Made by a program: the position numbers and the translations under genes
The notes under the pieces: generated by a model
Databases searched by the model: none
What the model was told of the DNA's origin: nothing
Seen by the model: the letters and a program-made list of their open reading frames with translations, nothing else
NCBI RefSeq assembly: GCF_006345805.1
Contig: NC_042997.1
Location: 26,102,001-26,166,000, forward strand
Direction of reading: 5' to 3'
Length of the DNA stretch: 64,000 nt
DNA from: Octopus sinensis
Taxonomy: Eukaryota
In this document: positions 26,371 to 41,510 of the stretch, piece by piece
Layout of the letters: each line of letters starts with the position of its first letter
Numbering within the stretch: the stretch's first letter is position 1

Positions 26371-26697
26371 GCCCACGGACATATGGTGTAGTGGTTAAGA
26401 GCGCGAGCTACTAACCCCAAGATTCCCTGTTCGATTCCAAGCAGTGACCTGAACAATAACAATAATAATAATTTTTTTAAATGATAATAGTAAAAGTAAT
26501 AATAATAATAATAATAACACCGAAAATACCTTAGGAATGAGAACCCAGGTTCAAAATTTCCCCCAAGACACCTGAAGAAGGCTGGAGGGTATATCACCCG
26601 AAACGTTGTGTTAACAGCAAACAAGATGAGGACAAATATTCGTCGAATGTAAGTAATGTAAATAATGTACATAATTCCTCATCTCTTAAATATAGAG
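26371..26697 (+). mobile_element. tRNA-headed SINE family E with internal (AAT)n and a hammerhead in the 3' part
   Basis: A box TGGTGTAGTGG, B box GTTCGATTCC; CTGAAGA at 26572-26578 and GAAACGTT at 26600-26607. Confidence 0.8.
26567..26612 (+). ncRNA. Minimal type I hammerhead ribozyme motif
   Basis: Stem I GACAC/GTGTT; core CUGAAGA(A); stem II GGCTG/CACCC (one mismatch); GAAAC; cleavage predicted after GUU (26607). Confidence 0.65.
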
Positions 26698-27232
26698 CTG
26701 TTAATAGAAGACTTTCGTGTATATGGATATGTGTGCGTGAGAGAGAGAAGGAGAGAGAGAGAAAGAGAGAGAGAATGTGTTTATGTTTGAGCTTGTTTCC
26801 CACAACTGCGTAGCAAACCCCTTTGGCTTCTCTGCCTCCCAGTAATTTAACGGTTCAGCAAATCTGACCGATAGAATAAATCCCAGAGTTAAAAGTGCGT
26901 ACTGCTCCTGATTTGTTCGACTAAGACCACACCAAGCCAGTGTCCCAGCTTCACCACAATCAAATAAATGAAACAAATAAAAGATTAAAAGATAGCTATT
27001 TGTAACAACTAGTACCAAACATCGACTGTCCTGTTAACGAAAAATCAAAGCACGATTTTTGCTTACCGATGGTCATAATGTCCTATTACTTACACAAGAA
27101 TGCGTTCAAGTTTCCTTCTCAATCAAATTAGGGATAAATAGATTTCTTTTGTGACAAAATATATTTTACTGTGTATTTAATTTCACAACGTACTCATCTA
27201 GTGTACGGAAATTTATCACCACCACCACCACA

Positions 27233-27282
<50 letters not shown>

Positions 27283-27289
27283 CACTACT

Positions 27290-27320
<31 letters not shown>

Positions 27321-28071
27321 ATAATAATAATAATAATTATAATAATAATAATAATAAAACAATAATAATAATAATAATAATAATGATTGCTATATCTGGG
27401 TTTTAAGTTGGCTTCAATAATTATAACATGTTGCGTTATGTTCACCAAAATGGCGAGATCAGGGAGAGAGAGGGGGAGAGAGGGAGAGAGAGAGAGAGGG
27501 AGAAAGAGAGTTGAAGAGAAGGGGAGAGAAAGAGAGAGAGAATAAAACCAGGTAATATGCCCAAATTGGAAAGGAAATCGTTAAGAGAGACAAACAGGAA
27601 GGAAACCTTATACAGAAGCAGAAAGGCAGACAGGCAGACAGGCAGAGAGACAGATAACCACATAGTTAGAGAGAGATAAATGCTTCCGTTGTCTTCTTTA
27701 TTGTTCCATTAGTAACAAATTGTGAAATATGCTTTTTGTTTAGTTTTTTTTTTTTTAATAAAAGGAAAAAGGCTAATCGGGAGAGGAAATAAAGGAAAGA
27801 GAAGAAACAGATTTACCTCCTCTTTCTTCGAAAATTTGGTAAAAGGAAAATAAATAAATAAATAAATAAATAAATAGATAAATATACAGATGGATAAATA
27901 ATATCGTAATAAAATTTCATAATTTTTACATGGTGATAACATTTGATTGAATAAAATCTGCAATCTTGCCAAATTTATCGTCAAAATAACTTAGATAAGC
28001 GATTAAATTTCTCGCTTTCCCCCAAACTGTATGTATGTAAATCTGTGTAAACATGTTAAATATATGTGTGT

Positions 28072-28202
<131 letters not shown>

Positions 28203-29354
28203 ACAAACATATAGAGATAAGATGTATATAGATATATACATATATACATTTATGTATGTATAAATTTAAGAATATATATGAGCGCATTTATATATTTATT
28301 GAAATTATGTATATAAATATATATAATATATATATATATATATTATATATATATATATATATATACATACATACAACATACATACAGATAAAGATGTATC
28401 TATAGATACATAGATATGTACATATATGTATATATACATTTAAGAATATATATGAGCGCATTTATATTTTTATTGATAATTATCATATATATACATATAC
28501 ATATATGTGTGTATTTATATATGTGTAATTACATGGATATACACATATTTTATGTGTACGTGTGTTTGTGTATAATCTATTTTATTTTTTTTTCTATATA
28601 TCTTATTTGGTTTTTCTTTGCATTTTTGTTTTCGCCGTCTCCTCTCTTATCATTCCTTTGGCACAGAACAATTTCCTCCATCGCTTTCTTAGCTGGTCTG
28701 TTTTCGATTACATGAATAAATCGACAATGTATTATTAACTTCATGCCAATAGCACTCATACATGAATGTTCCAAATTGTTATATACGTTGAAATGTTTTC
28801 TTGCCCGTTGTCATGGCTGCATAACCCGGCACAAAGTCTTATTATAAGTTACTAATTACTAATATCCATGATGGCCCACATTTGCAAACACGTGATTTCC
28901 ATTCCCTTCGAACAATCCGTCATATAATTCAAACACATATACTGATTCACATGTTGGATATATATATACATATTTCTCAGCGCATATTCACAGAAATGTA
29001 TAAGTACACGCAATGTCTCTCGCACACTCTGAGGTCTTTGTCGCTCTCTAACAACTCTTTCGCACCCTCACCCCGCTCTCAAGCCCACTCGTACTAATAA
29101 CTTGCACCTTACATTTACGTTTTGCTAATAGGACTATTTTCTTATGTGTAAACTCATTAGAAGCACTTGTTTGGCATGGACATCCGCATCAATATGCATT
29201 GACATATACGATGCATGTAAGCATATATATAAAGTTGTACAGGAAAATATATAATTACGTAAACGCATATATATATATACACATATATATAGATAGATAG
29301 ATACATACATACATAGATAATTTATATAAATATCTATATATATGCATATATGTA

Positions 29355-29401
<47 letters not shown>

Positions 29402-29644
29402 ACGTATATATTTATATATGAGTATACATGTGTTTATATGTGAGCATAAATGCATGTGTTTGCATGTATATATGTATATATACACGTTGTACATATAATA
29501 CACACACATATATACACACACACATATATATATATGTACACACACAAACATATATATATATTATGTATGTATGTACATATATGTATACATACATACATAT
29601 ATATATATATATGTTACATACATACATACATATATATAATATAC

Positions 29645-29712
<68 letters not shown>

Positions 29713-30252
29713 TATATAATATATATATATATGCTTGTTACACACATTTCTTTGCATACATGCATGCTTTGTTTAGTCTTTCAGGATTGAGATTATGCAT
29801 ATATGCGTGATTGTGTGCATACTTAACTATTCGTCCATTTGTGTGTATTTCTGGATGTGTGTGTATGCACGCTGGTTGTGAGATTGTATTGCGTTTCTGA
29901 ATATAATTCCGCACGAACTCATCCGATCGCATCATTGCTTAAGCCAAAGTGACGTCTTACACACCATACAGAAGGCCGATGAATATATCGGGTCAAGCAG
30001 TTGACCCGAGCCACAACCATTTATGGTTTTGTATTGATTAAAACAGGGTCTGACGTTATTACACCGGACAGCATGCTTATTAAGTCGTATGTTATCTCTC
30101 TATGCACTGAGTCTTTTCTCCATCGCTCTCTTTCTCTCTCGTTCTCTCTCTGTCTATCGCTAATTTTCTGCGGTCCCTCCGTTATCTAAAGTTAGTTAAA
30201 CTGCCAGTCGCAGCGATGGAACGAACTCAATGGAGGTACATCATGTACTGAC

Positions 30253-30313
30253 CTCATCCGTACATGAGGTGGCCAGGGCCTCCAATCGGACAATCGAATG
30301 GGCCAAGTCATTG
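30253..30313 (-). other. Candidate 61-nt exon in a unique, GC-richer island
   Basis: Acceptor TTATTTCCCCAG, donor GAG/GTCAGT; two open frames (NDLAHSIVRLEALATSCTDE or MTWPIRLSDWRPWPPHVRM). Confidence 0.3.
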
Positions 30314-30650
30314 CTGGGGAAATAACTTATTTTCATGCTAACACACATATAAGAACAATTTACAAGAATGAACTCAATTTTGTCTATTAATATATGGATA
30401 ACGTGGATAGAAAGGAAGGTTTGAAATCTCTATTATTTCCTGAGGTATTTAGATGCAAGCTATCGTCTCTAGTGTTGACAGTAAATAGCTGACCGTTTAA
30501 ATGCGTGCTGTTCTATGTGCGTTGAAATATGTGTGGGTCTTTTACGCTCGTACCGTATTTACGTATTAACAGGACTGCATAGACACACACACACATGTGT
30601 GTGTAAGAATATGTATGTAAATATCATATTTTCATATACAAGCAAACATC

Positions 30651-30685
<35 letters not shown>

Positions 30686-31063
30686 GTATATGTATATGTA
30701 TATATACACAGATACATACATATACACACATATATGCACATCTACATACATTTATAGACTCACGCACACGCACACACAAATATATATATGTATTATGTAT
30801 GTATGTATATATGCGGGTGTATACGTCTGTATGCAATACAAAGTTTATAGAGATATGCGTGCATGTGTATATGGTGTGTGTGAGTGCGTATGTGAGAATG
30901 AGTGTAGTTTAAAGACGGTGTAGTTGACAAAGAGGGCCACGGGGTGTTGAAGAGCATGCGTATTAAAGAGATTGTGTATGTGTTCGTTTAAGCATGAATA
31001 TGCATACACACACAAACACACATTGACGCATAGATACACACACACAACATCTACATATATATG

Positions 31064-31293
31064 TTTCTTTACTACCCACAAGGGGCCAAACACAGAGGGG
31101 ACAAATAAGGACAGACCAAGGGATTAAGTCGATTCCATCGACCCCAATGCGTAACTGGTACTTAATTTATCGACCCCGAAAGGATGAAAGGCAAAGTCAA
31201 CCTCGACGGAATTTGAACTCAGAACGTAACGGCAGACGAAATACGGCTACGCATTTCGCCCGGCGTACTAACGTTTCTGCCAGCTCGCCGCCT
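31064..31293 (-). mobile_element. tRNA-derived SINE family D (Meta-core-like)
   Basis: Head GGCGGCGAGCTGGCAGAAACG; core GCCTTTCATCCTTTCGGGGTCGATAAATTAAGTACCAG, which resembles the MetaSINE core as I recall it. Confidence 0.8.
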
Positions 31294-31296
31294 TAC

Positions 31297-31354
<58 letters not shown>

Positions 31355-31544
31355 CATGCGAAATACTATCTATGTAAGAGTTATTTGACAGATCGGAGTC
31401 AATAAAATGTCATTGTGTGTACGTTTCACTACATGAGTTTATGCGAGTGTAGTTTGTTAGACATTAATTCAAAGAAAGTTTATTAATATATATATATATC
31501 GCGTGGGTTCGTGCGTGCTTGTGTGTGTATATATTCTTTTATTC

Positions 31545-31928
31545 TTTTAATTTTTTTTACTTGTTTCAGTCATTGGACTGCGACCTTACTGAAGCACCGC
31601 CTTTTTTAGTCGAGCATATCGACCACAGGACTTATTCCTTGTACGCTTAGTACTTATTCTATCGGGCTCTTTTTCCGAACCGCTAAGTTACGGTGACGTA
31701 AATGCACCAGCATCGGTTGTCAAGCGATATTGGGCGACAAGCACACACACACACATACATATACGACGGGCTTCTTTCAGTTTCCGTCTACCAAATCCAC
31801 TCACAAGGCTTTGGTCGGCCCGGGCCTATAGTAGAAGACACTTCCTCATGGTGTCACGCAGTGGAACTGAACCCGGAACCATGTGGTTGGTAAGCATGCT
31901 ACTTACCACACAGCCACTCCTACGCCTA
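31545..31928 (-). mobile_element. SINE family A
   Basis: Same head and tail as 108-520. Confidence 0.9.
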
Positions 31929-31929
31929 A

Positions 31930-32990
<1,061 letters not shown>

Positions 32991-32994
32991 ATAA

Positions 32995-33490
32995 AGAATA
33001 TTGAGTCGCTGAAACAGATGAGCTGCAGTGAGAGGTTAATGAAACCGAAGCTCTACTTCCTAGAGATAGAGAGTGAAAGATGCGCAGTGACATACATATG
33101 GAAAATACTGGAAAGTCTAGCTCCCACCATTGGAATTGAAAGCTATACCAACCACCGAACTGGAAGGCAATGCTTCGTACCAACGATCTCATCTTCTTCA
33201 TCTCGAATAATGATCCATTATAGTAAAAGTTGGGGCTTCAAGTATCTGCAACTGTCCAACGTTCTGTGAAACAATTGTAGAGATCTGTAAGGTAATGAGG
33301 TGGAGATCTTCAAAGTGGGTTTGGACATTTATTTGAAATGCCAGATGAACTCACATTGCAACAGGAGGCACAAAGAAGAGTTACTTCATCGAACTCAATA
33401 TTTCACCCGAAACAGTACACAAAGAAACCCAAACACACTGAAAAAGGCAGTAGTCCAGCATGGCTCCAACCTCTGGTTGAAACTATAAAA
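32995..33490 (+). mobile_element. CR1/L2-type LINE 3' fragment
   Basis: SCSERLMKPKLYFLEIESERCAVTYIWKILESLAPTIGIESYTNHRTGRQC matches the typical ERL..L.LYSLERRRERY.IIY.WKIL.G..PN pattern. Confidence 0.8.
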
Positions 33491-33500
33491 GGAATGATTA

Positions 33501-33564
<64 letters not shown>

Positions 33565-33798
33565 TAATATAATTAATATAAAATTAGGGAATAAATCCAA
33601 ACTTACAGGAAAAATCAGATTTAGGATTAAATCCAATTTTATAGTAATAAATATATTATATTATATTATATTAAATTAGAGATAAAACCACTATTAGGCA
33701 AATCAAACAATGAAAAACATAAGCCAATACATAAAATTAATTTATTTATATATTTTAAATATATATCAAAAGCATTAAAAGTTTAATAAAAGATAAAG

Positions 33799-33857
<59 letters not shown>

Positions 33858-34112
33858 TATGCATGCATTATGTATGCAGAGGGACGGTAAGATGCTAAAA
33901 TACATACTCGGTTTCTTGTTTTAATTGTAAGTTTTGTTATTATTGCAATGTTAAATGCACCCCTTAACGAAATAACTTTCAATTGTAAGCAAACATTTGA
34001 CTGATAATTTAGCTATAACGTTAAGCCTTAACAAATTTATAATTGTTTAATAAATTATATATGTTTATATATATATGTATAAATCATATATATATATAAA
34101 TTATATATATGC

Positions 34113-34151
<39 letters not shown>

Positions 34152-34466
34152 TATATATTATATATATATATATATTATAATATATCATTATTAATATTAC
34201 ATATACATTTTATATTTATACATTGTATATTAATACTTATACGTATTTACACATATTTTTATATATAATTATATTTTTGATACTATAATTATTTTACACA
34301 CGTATATATCTTTCTGAGGAATTTTCTAATATTGATTTCCTGATATTAATAATAATATATTATAAAATATATATAATCGCTCGTATTAAATACCTTAATA
34401 GTATTAATACTTTGATACAATAGAGCACTCAATTATAATATTGTCATTGAAAATATCTATATATAC

Positions 34467-34513
<47 letters not shown>

Positions 34514-36350
34514 AAGGGATAAGGCTTTCATTTTTCACTTAATGTTGTTTAAGCAAAAATTTCCTCTCCTGTCTATTTTTGTCATACGATAGTTTGTATT
34601 TTTCAGTAATAACATTTTTAATGCTAACAATCTGTCAAGCGAAATATTTTGTGATTGAGATTGATAAGAATTACCCACGGAATTATATACTAAAAATCAT
34701 CCACAACAAATGTTTAACCAAGTGTTGAGTAAATTTACAATCATCTGAATTTGCACGCATATTCTATATATCAGGTTACCAATTTGTAGTGAACTGGCTG
34801 AAACAAATGATGATCTGACAAAACCCCTGGTAAAATTTGTTTCTTCGCTATGCAATCGAGGTTCAAGTCCTTTAGGTCTTGACTATGATTTTTTTATTCA
34901 ATCCAATCGATAAAAAGATTTCCTAATAAAATATATGAGTCAAACTCTTTCACCAAATATGTTTTTTGCATTTATTCTACAAGGATGTCGATGTTATAAT
35001 TCCATATTTGAAAAAATAATACAGAGCAAATATATATTAGACATATTAAACATATAAAGATTTATAGAAGAAAGCGAATATATATGCTCAATAAACGCAC
35101 AACAAAGCAATCAACAGTCTACTTTCGTTGAAAAGTCAGCACGAATGATGAAGTAAAGTATGAAAACGAAGCCGATGAACAAAGAACACTGACAGGTTTT
35201 TTGCTTTTTTGTCTTTTTTTTTAATTATTATTATAGTAGGACCTATTACTGTAAGAAGCCTGAAAGACAATAAACTAGTGCGATATCATTTCAAAACACT
35301 GATTCATTAGGAACACACAACGAAGTTAACCAAGGTATATGAAATGTGAGGCATTAGTTATGTTACTAATTATTACAAACGAAGCCCATACTTATTGTAT
35401 AAACAGACTTCATAATTCTAAATGTTACAAAAGAAGCACTTAACTATTGTCTAAACGAATTTTACGTCCTTGAAAGTAGAAAACATGAATTTTGTTTTTC
35501 AATAGACTCAAATACTATGCAGAAATGGCAAGTTGCGGTATCTATATTATTTAAGATAACTAATAATAATAGGATGGCGGAAGCGAAGCGATATGGGTTT
35601 CGAGTTGTATTGAAACTCGTGTATGAAACGGAGCCGTCTCGCTAGATGCTTATTATTTACAATACTTATCCTAACAGTAAATATTGCTATCTTATGACTC
35701 ATCTCAAAAGTTAAATTCGAAATTAAAACGTCCACATTACAATTCAGAACAAGTTGCATACAGAAATGTCACAAAGTATTCACTACTGAGAAGAGCATGC
35801 AACATATAGAAAGGGGATCTTCCTTCATTTTTTCTTCACCATCGGCTTAAAATATCTTGATGTGGTGTTAGTAGTCTTCAAGAGCAGGAAAAAAGTATAC
35901 TCTCATTTGATCAAGTAGATTTAACACAAACAAATAAACATTTTATCAACGAAGACTGTAACTAACTACGTAGCACTTCAATGATGTTTTAATATTTTCT
36001 CCTGGCTCTGTTTTGTAAATGTATTTTACGCAAAAAGGTCTCAAGATACTTCACAATCTATAAGGGAAATATCTGAAAGATAAAGCTGATAAAGTAGATC
36101 CTCTCGCTACATTTTACTCGATTTTTAAAGAGCAATCTTTGATACAGAAAGAGTTGTAATTGTGATTGTATGTAGAAAAATATGGCGCCTTCGAATGACA
36201 ATGACTGATTATTTTCCATGCAATTGTCGACATATTTTGAGAGTGCTATGAAAAGGAAGATACGTCCAGATTCGAAATTGTCAAGCACTTAAGTGTAAAT
36301 TAGGTAGAAGAAATAGGTTTCAAAATATACACAGCATGTACTAAATGAGT

Positions 36351-36710
36351 GGAGGCGCAATGGCCCAGTGGTTAGGGCAGCGGACTCGTGGTCGTAGGAT
36401 CGCGGTTTCGATTCCCAGACCGGGCGTTGTGAGTGTTTATTGAGCGAAAACACTTAAAGCTCCACGAGGCTCCGGCAGGGGGTGGTGGCGACCCCTGCTG
36501 TACTCTTTCACCACAACTTTCTCTCATTCTTACTTCCTGTTTCTGTTGTACCTGTATTTCAAGGGGCCGGCCTTGTCACTCTCTGTGTCACGCTGAATAT
36601 CCCCGAGAACTACGTTAAGGGTACACGTGTCTGTGGAGTGCTCAGCCACTTACACGTTAATTTCACGAGCAGGCTGTTCCGTTGATCGGATCAACCGGAA
36701 CCCTCGTCGT
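36351..36710 (+). mobile_element. SINE family B
   Basis: Near-identical to 12556-12940. Confidence 0.9.
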
Positions 36711-36719
36711 CGTCGTACT

Positions 36720-37120
36720 AAATGATGATCAGCCAAATCAGATAGACAATCTGCAAGAACAGAATGGCAATCCTATGTTCTTTTGTGTAGAGAATTGTCA
36801 TAGGTGAAGAAAAATTATTTCTTTCCATGATCAGTAAATGTATTGTACTAAATTTCATGGACATGTTTGAGAATCACTACACTTCGAGACAGAAACTGGA
36901 CGAAATCCATTGAAAAATTGATGAAAAAGCCAGCTATTTTCGGTGATGTAACATTATTTCTTCACGGCAGTAGTATTCTAACATGAGAAGGATAACAATT
37001 CAAACGTTGAATAAATTAGGAATGGAGACTCTGCCTGATCATCGGCATTTCAGTTATTTCACTAATATAATGTAATGTCTCTTGATAATGTTTTCACCAA
37101 TACTCTTTTTGCAAAAAAAA
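36720..37120 (+). mobile_element. mariner transposase relic
   Basis: RIVIGEEK (RIVTGDEKW motif) and IQTLNKLGMETLP (LNELG.ETLPHP motif). Confidence 0.55.
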
Positions 37121-37544
37121 AAATCAATATATCAATAAATAAACAAGGATATGTGAAATTTTCAAAGACTTCTGAATATTTAAAATTCGATTCATATAAA
37201 ACAGGAAGAATATTTTGCAAAAATATATTAAAGTAGATAGTGTATATTTTTCATTAAATCCTACTTTTCAACTCTTTTATATACGTTCGTGTTCATTGCT
37301 CAAATTGAACATGAATTTCTGAACATCCTTTAAGAAAAGAATCAGGTTTATGAGTCGCTAATCATTGTGTTTTGCAACTGAGTTCTTTCTATGGAGTAGA
37401 GAAAAGTTCTTGCTTATACTAACCAATATAATTTATCCTAGAGTATTTGAAATAGGAAATGTAGTTGGCATAAGAATCAGAGAAACAAACGTTGCTGTAA
37501 GTTATTGAAGTTTTCCATTGATCAATCAGGTAAAATAAAAACAA

Positions 37545-37600
37545 CAATAATAATAGCAACAACAACAGCAACAACAATAATAATAATAATAATAATAATA

Positions 37601-37642
<42 letters not shown>

Positions 37643-37691
37643 TAATGATAATAATAATAACAATAATAATAATAATGATGATAATAATAAC

Positions 37692-37725
<34 letters not shown>

Positions 37726-37933
37726 GTAATAATAATAACAATAATAATAATAGTAATAGTAATAAAAATGATAATAATAATAATAACAATAATAATAATA
37801 ATCAATATATACGAATAATAATAATAATAATAATAATAATAGTAGTAGTAGTAGTAGTAGTAGTAATAATGATGATGATGATAATAATAATAATAATAGT
37901 AATAGTAATGATAGTAAAAATAATAATAATAAC

Positions 37934-37995
<62 letters not shown>

Positions 37996-38008
37996 CAATA
38001 ATAATTTA
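37545..38008. repeat. Compound (AAT)n/(AGT)n/(GAT)n microsatellite
   Basis: Direct reading. Confidence 0.95.
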
Positions 38009-38532
38009 TCAAAAATCAAGGGACATAAGGTAATAAAGCAAAATAAAAAATATGGTAGACATTCTGTTGAATATATATATATACATTCAGCTGATTGAGA
38101 AAGACAAATAGAGAAACAAAGAAAGAACGATACAATACATTAAAAAAAAAAAAAAAAACTGGGGATAAACACAAAACGAAGCCACTAAAATATATGTGCT
38201 GATCAAACAGAGGAAAGAAACGAACAAAAGAAAAAAAAAATGTTATAGTATCATCGTCCTACATCGACTACAGTTGAAGCAGAAAACAACCGTTAAAACA
38301 TGTGTTGTTGTTGTTGTTATTATACGCGCTTCAAACATACATTCATATTTATAAGAAACTCTGTACAACTTAAATTGCATTCCGTTTGTTGTAGTCGATA
38401 CATGTATAATTTACTAATGGAAATAGCTTGCTTGCTTCTTGTTTTTCGCTATTTTCCATCTATCTTTTGAGCTTTTTTGCTTCTGTGTTTTTGCTTTATG
38501 CATATATTACATATGCATGCCTGTCTATGCGC

Positions 38533-38797
<265 letters not shown>

Positions 38798-39452
38798 TGT
38801 TTGTAGAGTTTATTTGTCATCAGAGTCAAAATACAATTGTAATTCTCAATATTTTAGCAATTTGGCCCCCGTAAATGTTCTCTTCTTCCTCCCCCATCTC
38901 GAATGGTTAGTTAAATATTCACAGTTTAGTCTGCTAGAAAAAAACTATGTTCAATAAAAAAGAATGTAAACAGACTTCACATGGCATTCTCTTACCAATC
39001 GCTCAAACACATGCTTTGACAAGCATACACTCACGCACGCCCACAGTCGAATGTATACATATACAGAAGCGTGCGCAAATACATGAATATATACACATAT
39101 CCAATACAAATAGTTCAGCATTTTATCGTCCCTTTTCCTGTCACTCGTGCTCCCTTTGTTCCTCGTTCTATTTTATTCCTACTCTTTCGTCCGTACATGC
39201 TTATGTACACACACACACACATATATATATACATATACTCATATATACATATGCATATATACACGTACATATATACATGTATGCAAATATATATACACAA
39301 ATGTACATACATATAGTTGGCGTTTAGATGAAAATGCATACGCGCATGCGCACATGCATATTACATACTCGAATATGCACACTTTTGTTAATTCCACCTT
39401 TCGTTAAAAATTATATAAATATATACAAATACATATATGTGCATATATATAC

Positions 39453-39507
<55 letters not shown>

Positions 39508-39932
39508 TTATATATACATATGTACGCTTGTGTGCAGAGAGAAATACATAGATACATATATATATACACACACTGTCAAGTGTCCCAGAAAAACCAGCTT
39601 CAGAGAGGTGCAGATGAGGCAGCGGCATCAAACACCCTCTAAAACATTTGGCGATGCAAAATTATATGACAACACAAAATGGCAGTGGCCCCAGCATGGC
39701 CACAGCTCATGAGCTGAAACAAGATCAAAATAAATCAAATCGTATATATATATAGATTTGTTCAAGGAATACCAAATAAGCCACCTATACTCGAATGGTC
39801 CATGATACCACAAAACTTAACTGAAAAAGGGTTTAGGTAATCCTATCAGATTGTGGTATTAAGTTAGACATCGCCTGGACAAATCTTTTGTCGAAACATC
39901 TAGGTTACTTAAGTTATATATATATATATATA

Positions 39933-40150
39933 CTTTATTTAAAGCAGCAGAAAATTCAACAAAATCTGTTACTCTGAGTTTCTCGTTGCCGTTCATCAGA
40001 CAGTTTTTGCTAGTTTTTTCTAGCAAAAACTGTCTGATGAAAGGCAACGAGAAACTCAGAGTAACAGATTTTGCTGAATTTTCTGCTGCTTTAAATAAAG
40101 CATATTACTCTACCACTGGTATTTGAGTACTCTTTTTTCCACTTTGTTTC
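39933..40150. mobile_element. Palindromic PLE-derived mini-element with a hammerhead in each arm, inside (TA)n
   Basis: Arms 39933-40013 and 40020-40100 with 2 mismatches; CTGATGA at 40034-40040 (+) and 39999-39993 (-); GAAACTCAGAGTA. Confidence 0.8.
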
Positions 40151-40169
40151 ACATTTATGTGTTTACTCC

Positions 40170-40223
<54 letters not shown>

Positions 40224-40240
40224 ATATAATATATATATAG

Positions 40241-40696
40241 CAATAATAAATCTCTGAACGAGATGTAAACAGTAACTGCACGACAATGTAAGGTATACTA
40301 GCCATCTCAATATGGCTAACCACTAAGGGTGGGTTTTACTGTAGCTTGTAGCCCCAGGAGATCATCTTCTCCAGTGCAGTTACTGTTTACATCTCGTTCA
40401 GAGATTTATTATTGTTTGCATACAGTTTTTCGAGATCAGTGACGAAAAGATTTGCATTGGGACCCCCTTCATCGACAAACGGTGATTGCCGTACGCCAAA
40501 GACAGGCAAATACCTAGAAACTGCAGTCTGTGCGTATCACTTAGGTTGACAAGGGAGGGATGACCTCCCTTTGCAAATACCATAAGGGCAGAGAAAGTGT
40601 GCCTAAAGCCAGCTGGAGACGATGACCTCCTGGGGCTACAAGCTACAGTAACACACACCCTTAGTGGTTAGCCATATTGAGATGGCTATTATACCG
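40241..40696. mobile_element. Diverged relative of the 354-bp retrozyme-like unit, with a head-to-head inversion
   Basis: 40374-40696 (+) aligns to the minus strand of the 43468-44460 unit; 40241-40374 is an inverted unit-junction fragment. Confidence 0.8.
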
Positions 40697-40742
<46 letters not shown>

Positions 40743-41162
40743 CATATGTATATATAATTAAAAAATCGCTCAGTAATTAAACAAATAAACATATATTAAA
40801 TACACAGACGAACAGAAAACAAGGAAGGTCACAAACTCCTCATTGGAGAACAGAATTTCAAAATAAGCAGCAAAATAAGTTCATAATTGTTTATAAGTTC
40901 ATCAGAAATCATATTTGTTTAAAAGCTTATGTACAGAAAGATTCTATTTCTTAACATTTTCTTATCATTGTCAAAGACTCTATCACGGTATTTTAATACA
41001 TCTATGTTGACTAATCTTTAACACCACAACGGCTACATGAAGCCTTGCACGTTAATTTTGAAAATCTTTTTTTTTCTTTTATTTAAAAGTGAAACCGGTC
41101 AAGTCCATAAACATCTTGAAAAGACTTCTGCATTTTCAAATCCACTTCCCTATATATTTTCA

Positions 41163-41458
41163 CTCTTTGAAATAGAGGTACTACTCATTTTTGCCAGCTG
41201 GGTGGACTGGAACAACGTAAAATAAAGTGGCTGAACACTCCACAGACACGAGTATCCTTAACGTAGTTCTCGGAGAGATTCAGCGTGGCACAAAGTGTGA
41301 CAAGACCGACTCTTTGAAATAGAGGTACTACTCATTTTTGCCAGCTGGGTGGACTGGAACAACATGAAATAAAGTGTCTTGCTCAAGAACACGACACGTC
41401 GCCGAGAATTGAATTCACGACCTTGCGATCGTAAGTTGAATGCTGTAATCATTAAGCC
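41163..41458 (-). mobile_element. SINE family C with internal duplication
   Basis: Head ...GGTCGTGAATTCAATTCTCGGCGACGTGTCGTGTTCTTGAGCAAGACACTT; CTCTTTGAAATAGAGGTACTACTCATTTTTGCCAGCTGGGTGGACTGGAACAAC occurs twice. Confidence 0.8.

Positions 41459-41510
<52 letters not shown>

Noticed and set aside
35560-36300. Possible decayed ORF including a C2H2-like CIQKCHKVF segment
   Set aside because: Multiple stops and incorrect finger spacing; cannot be assigned.
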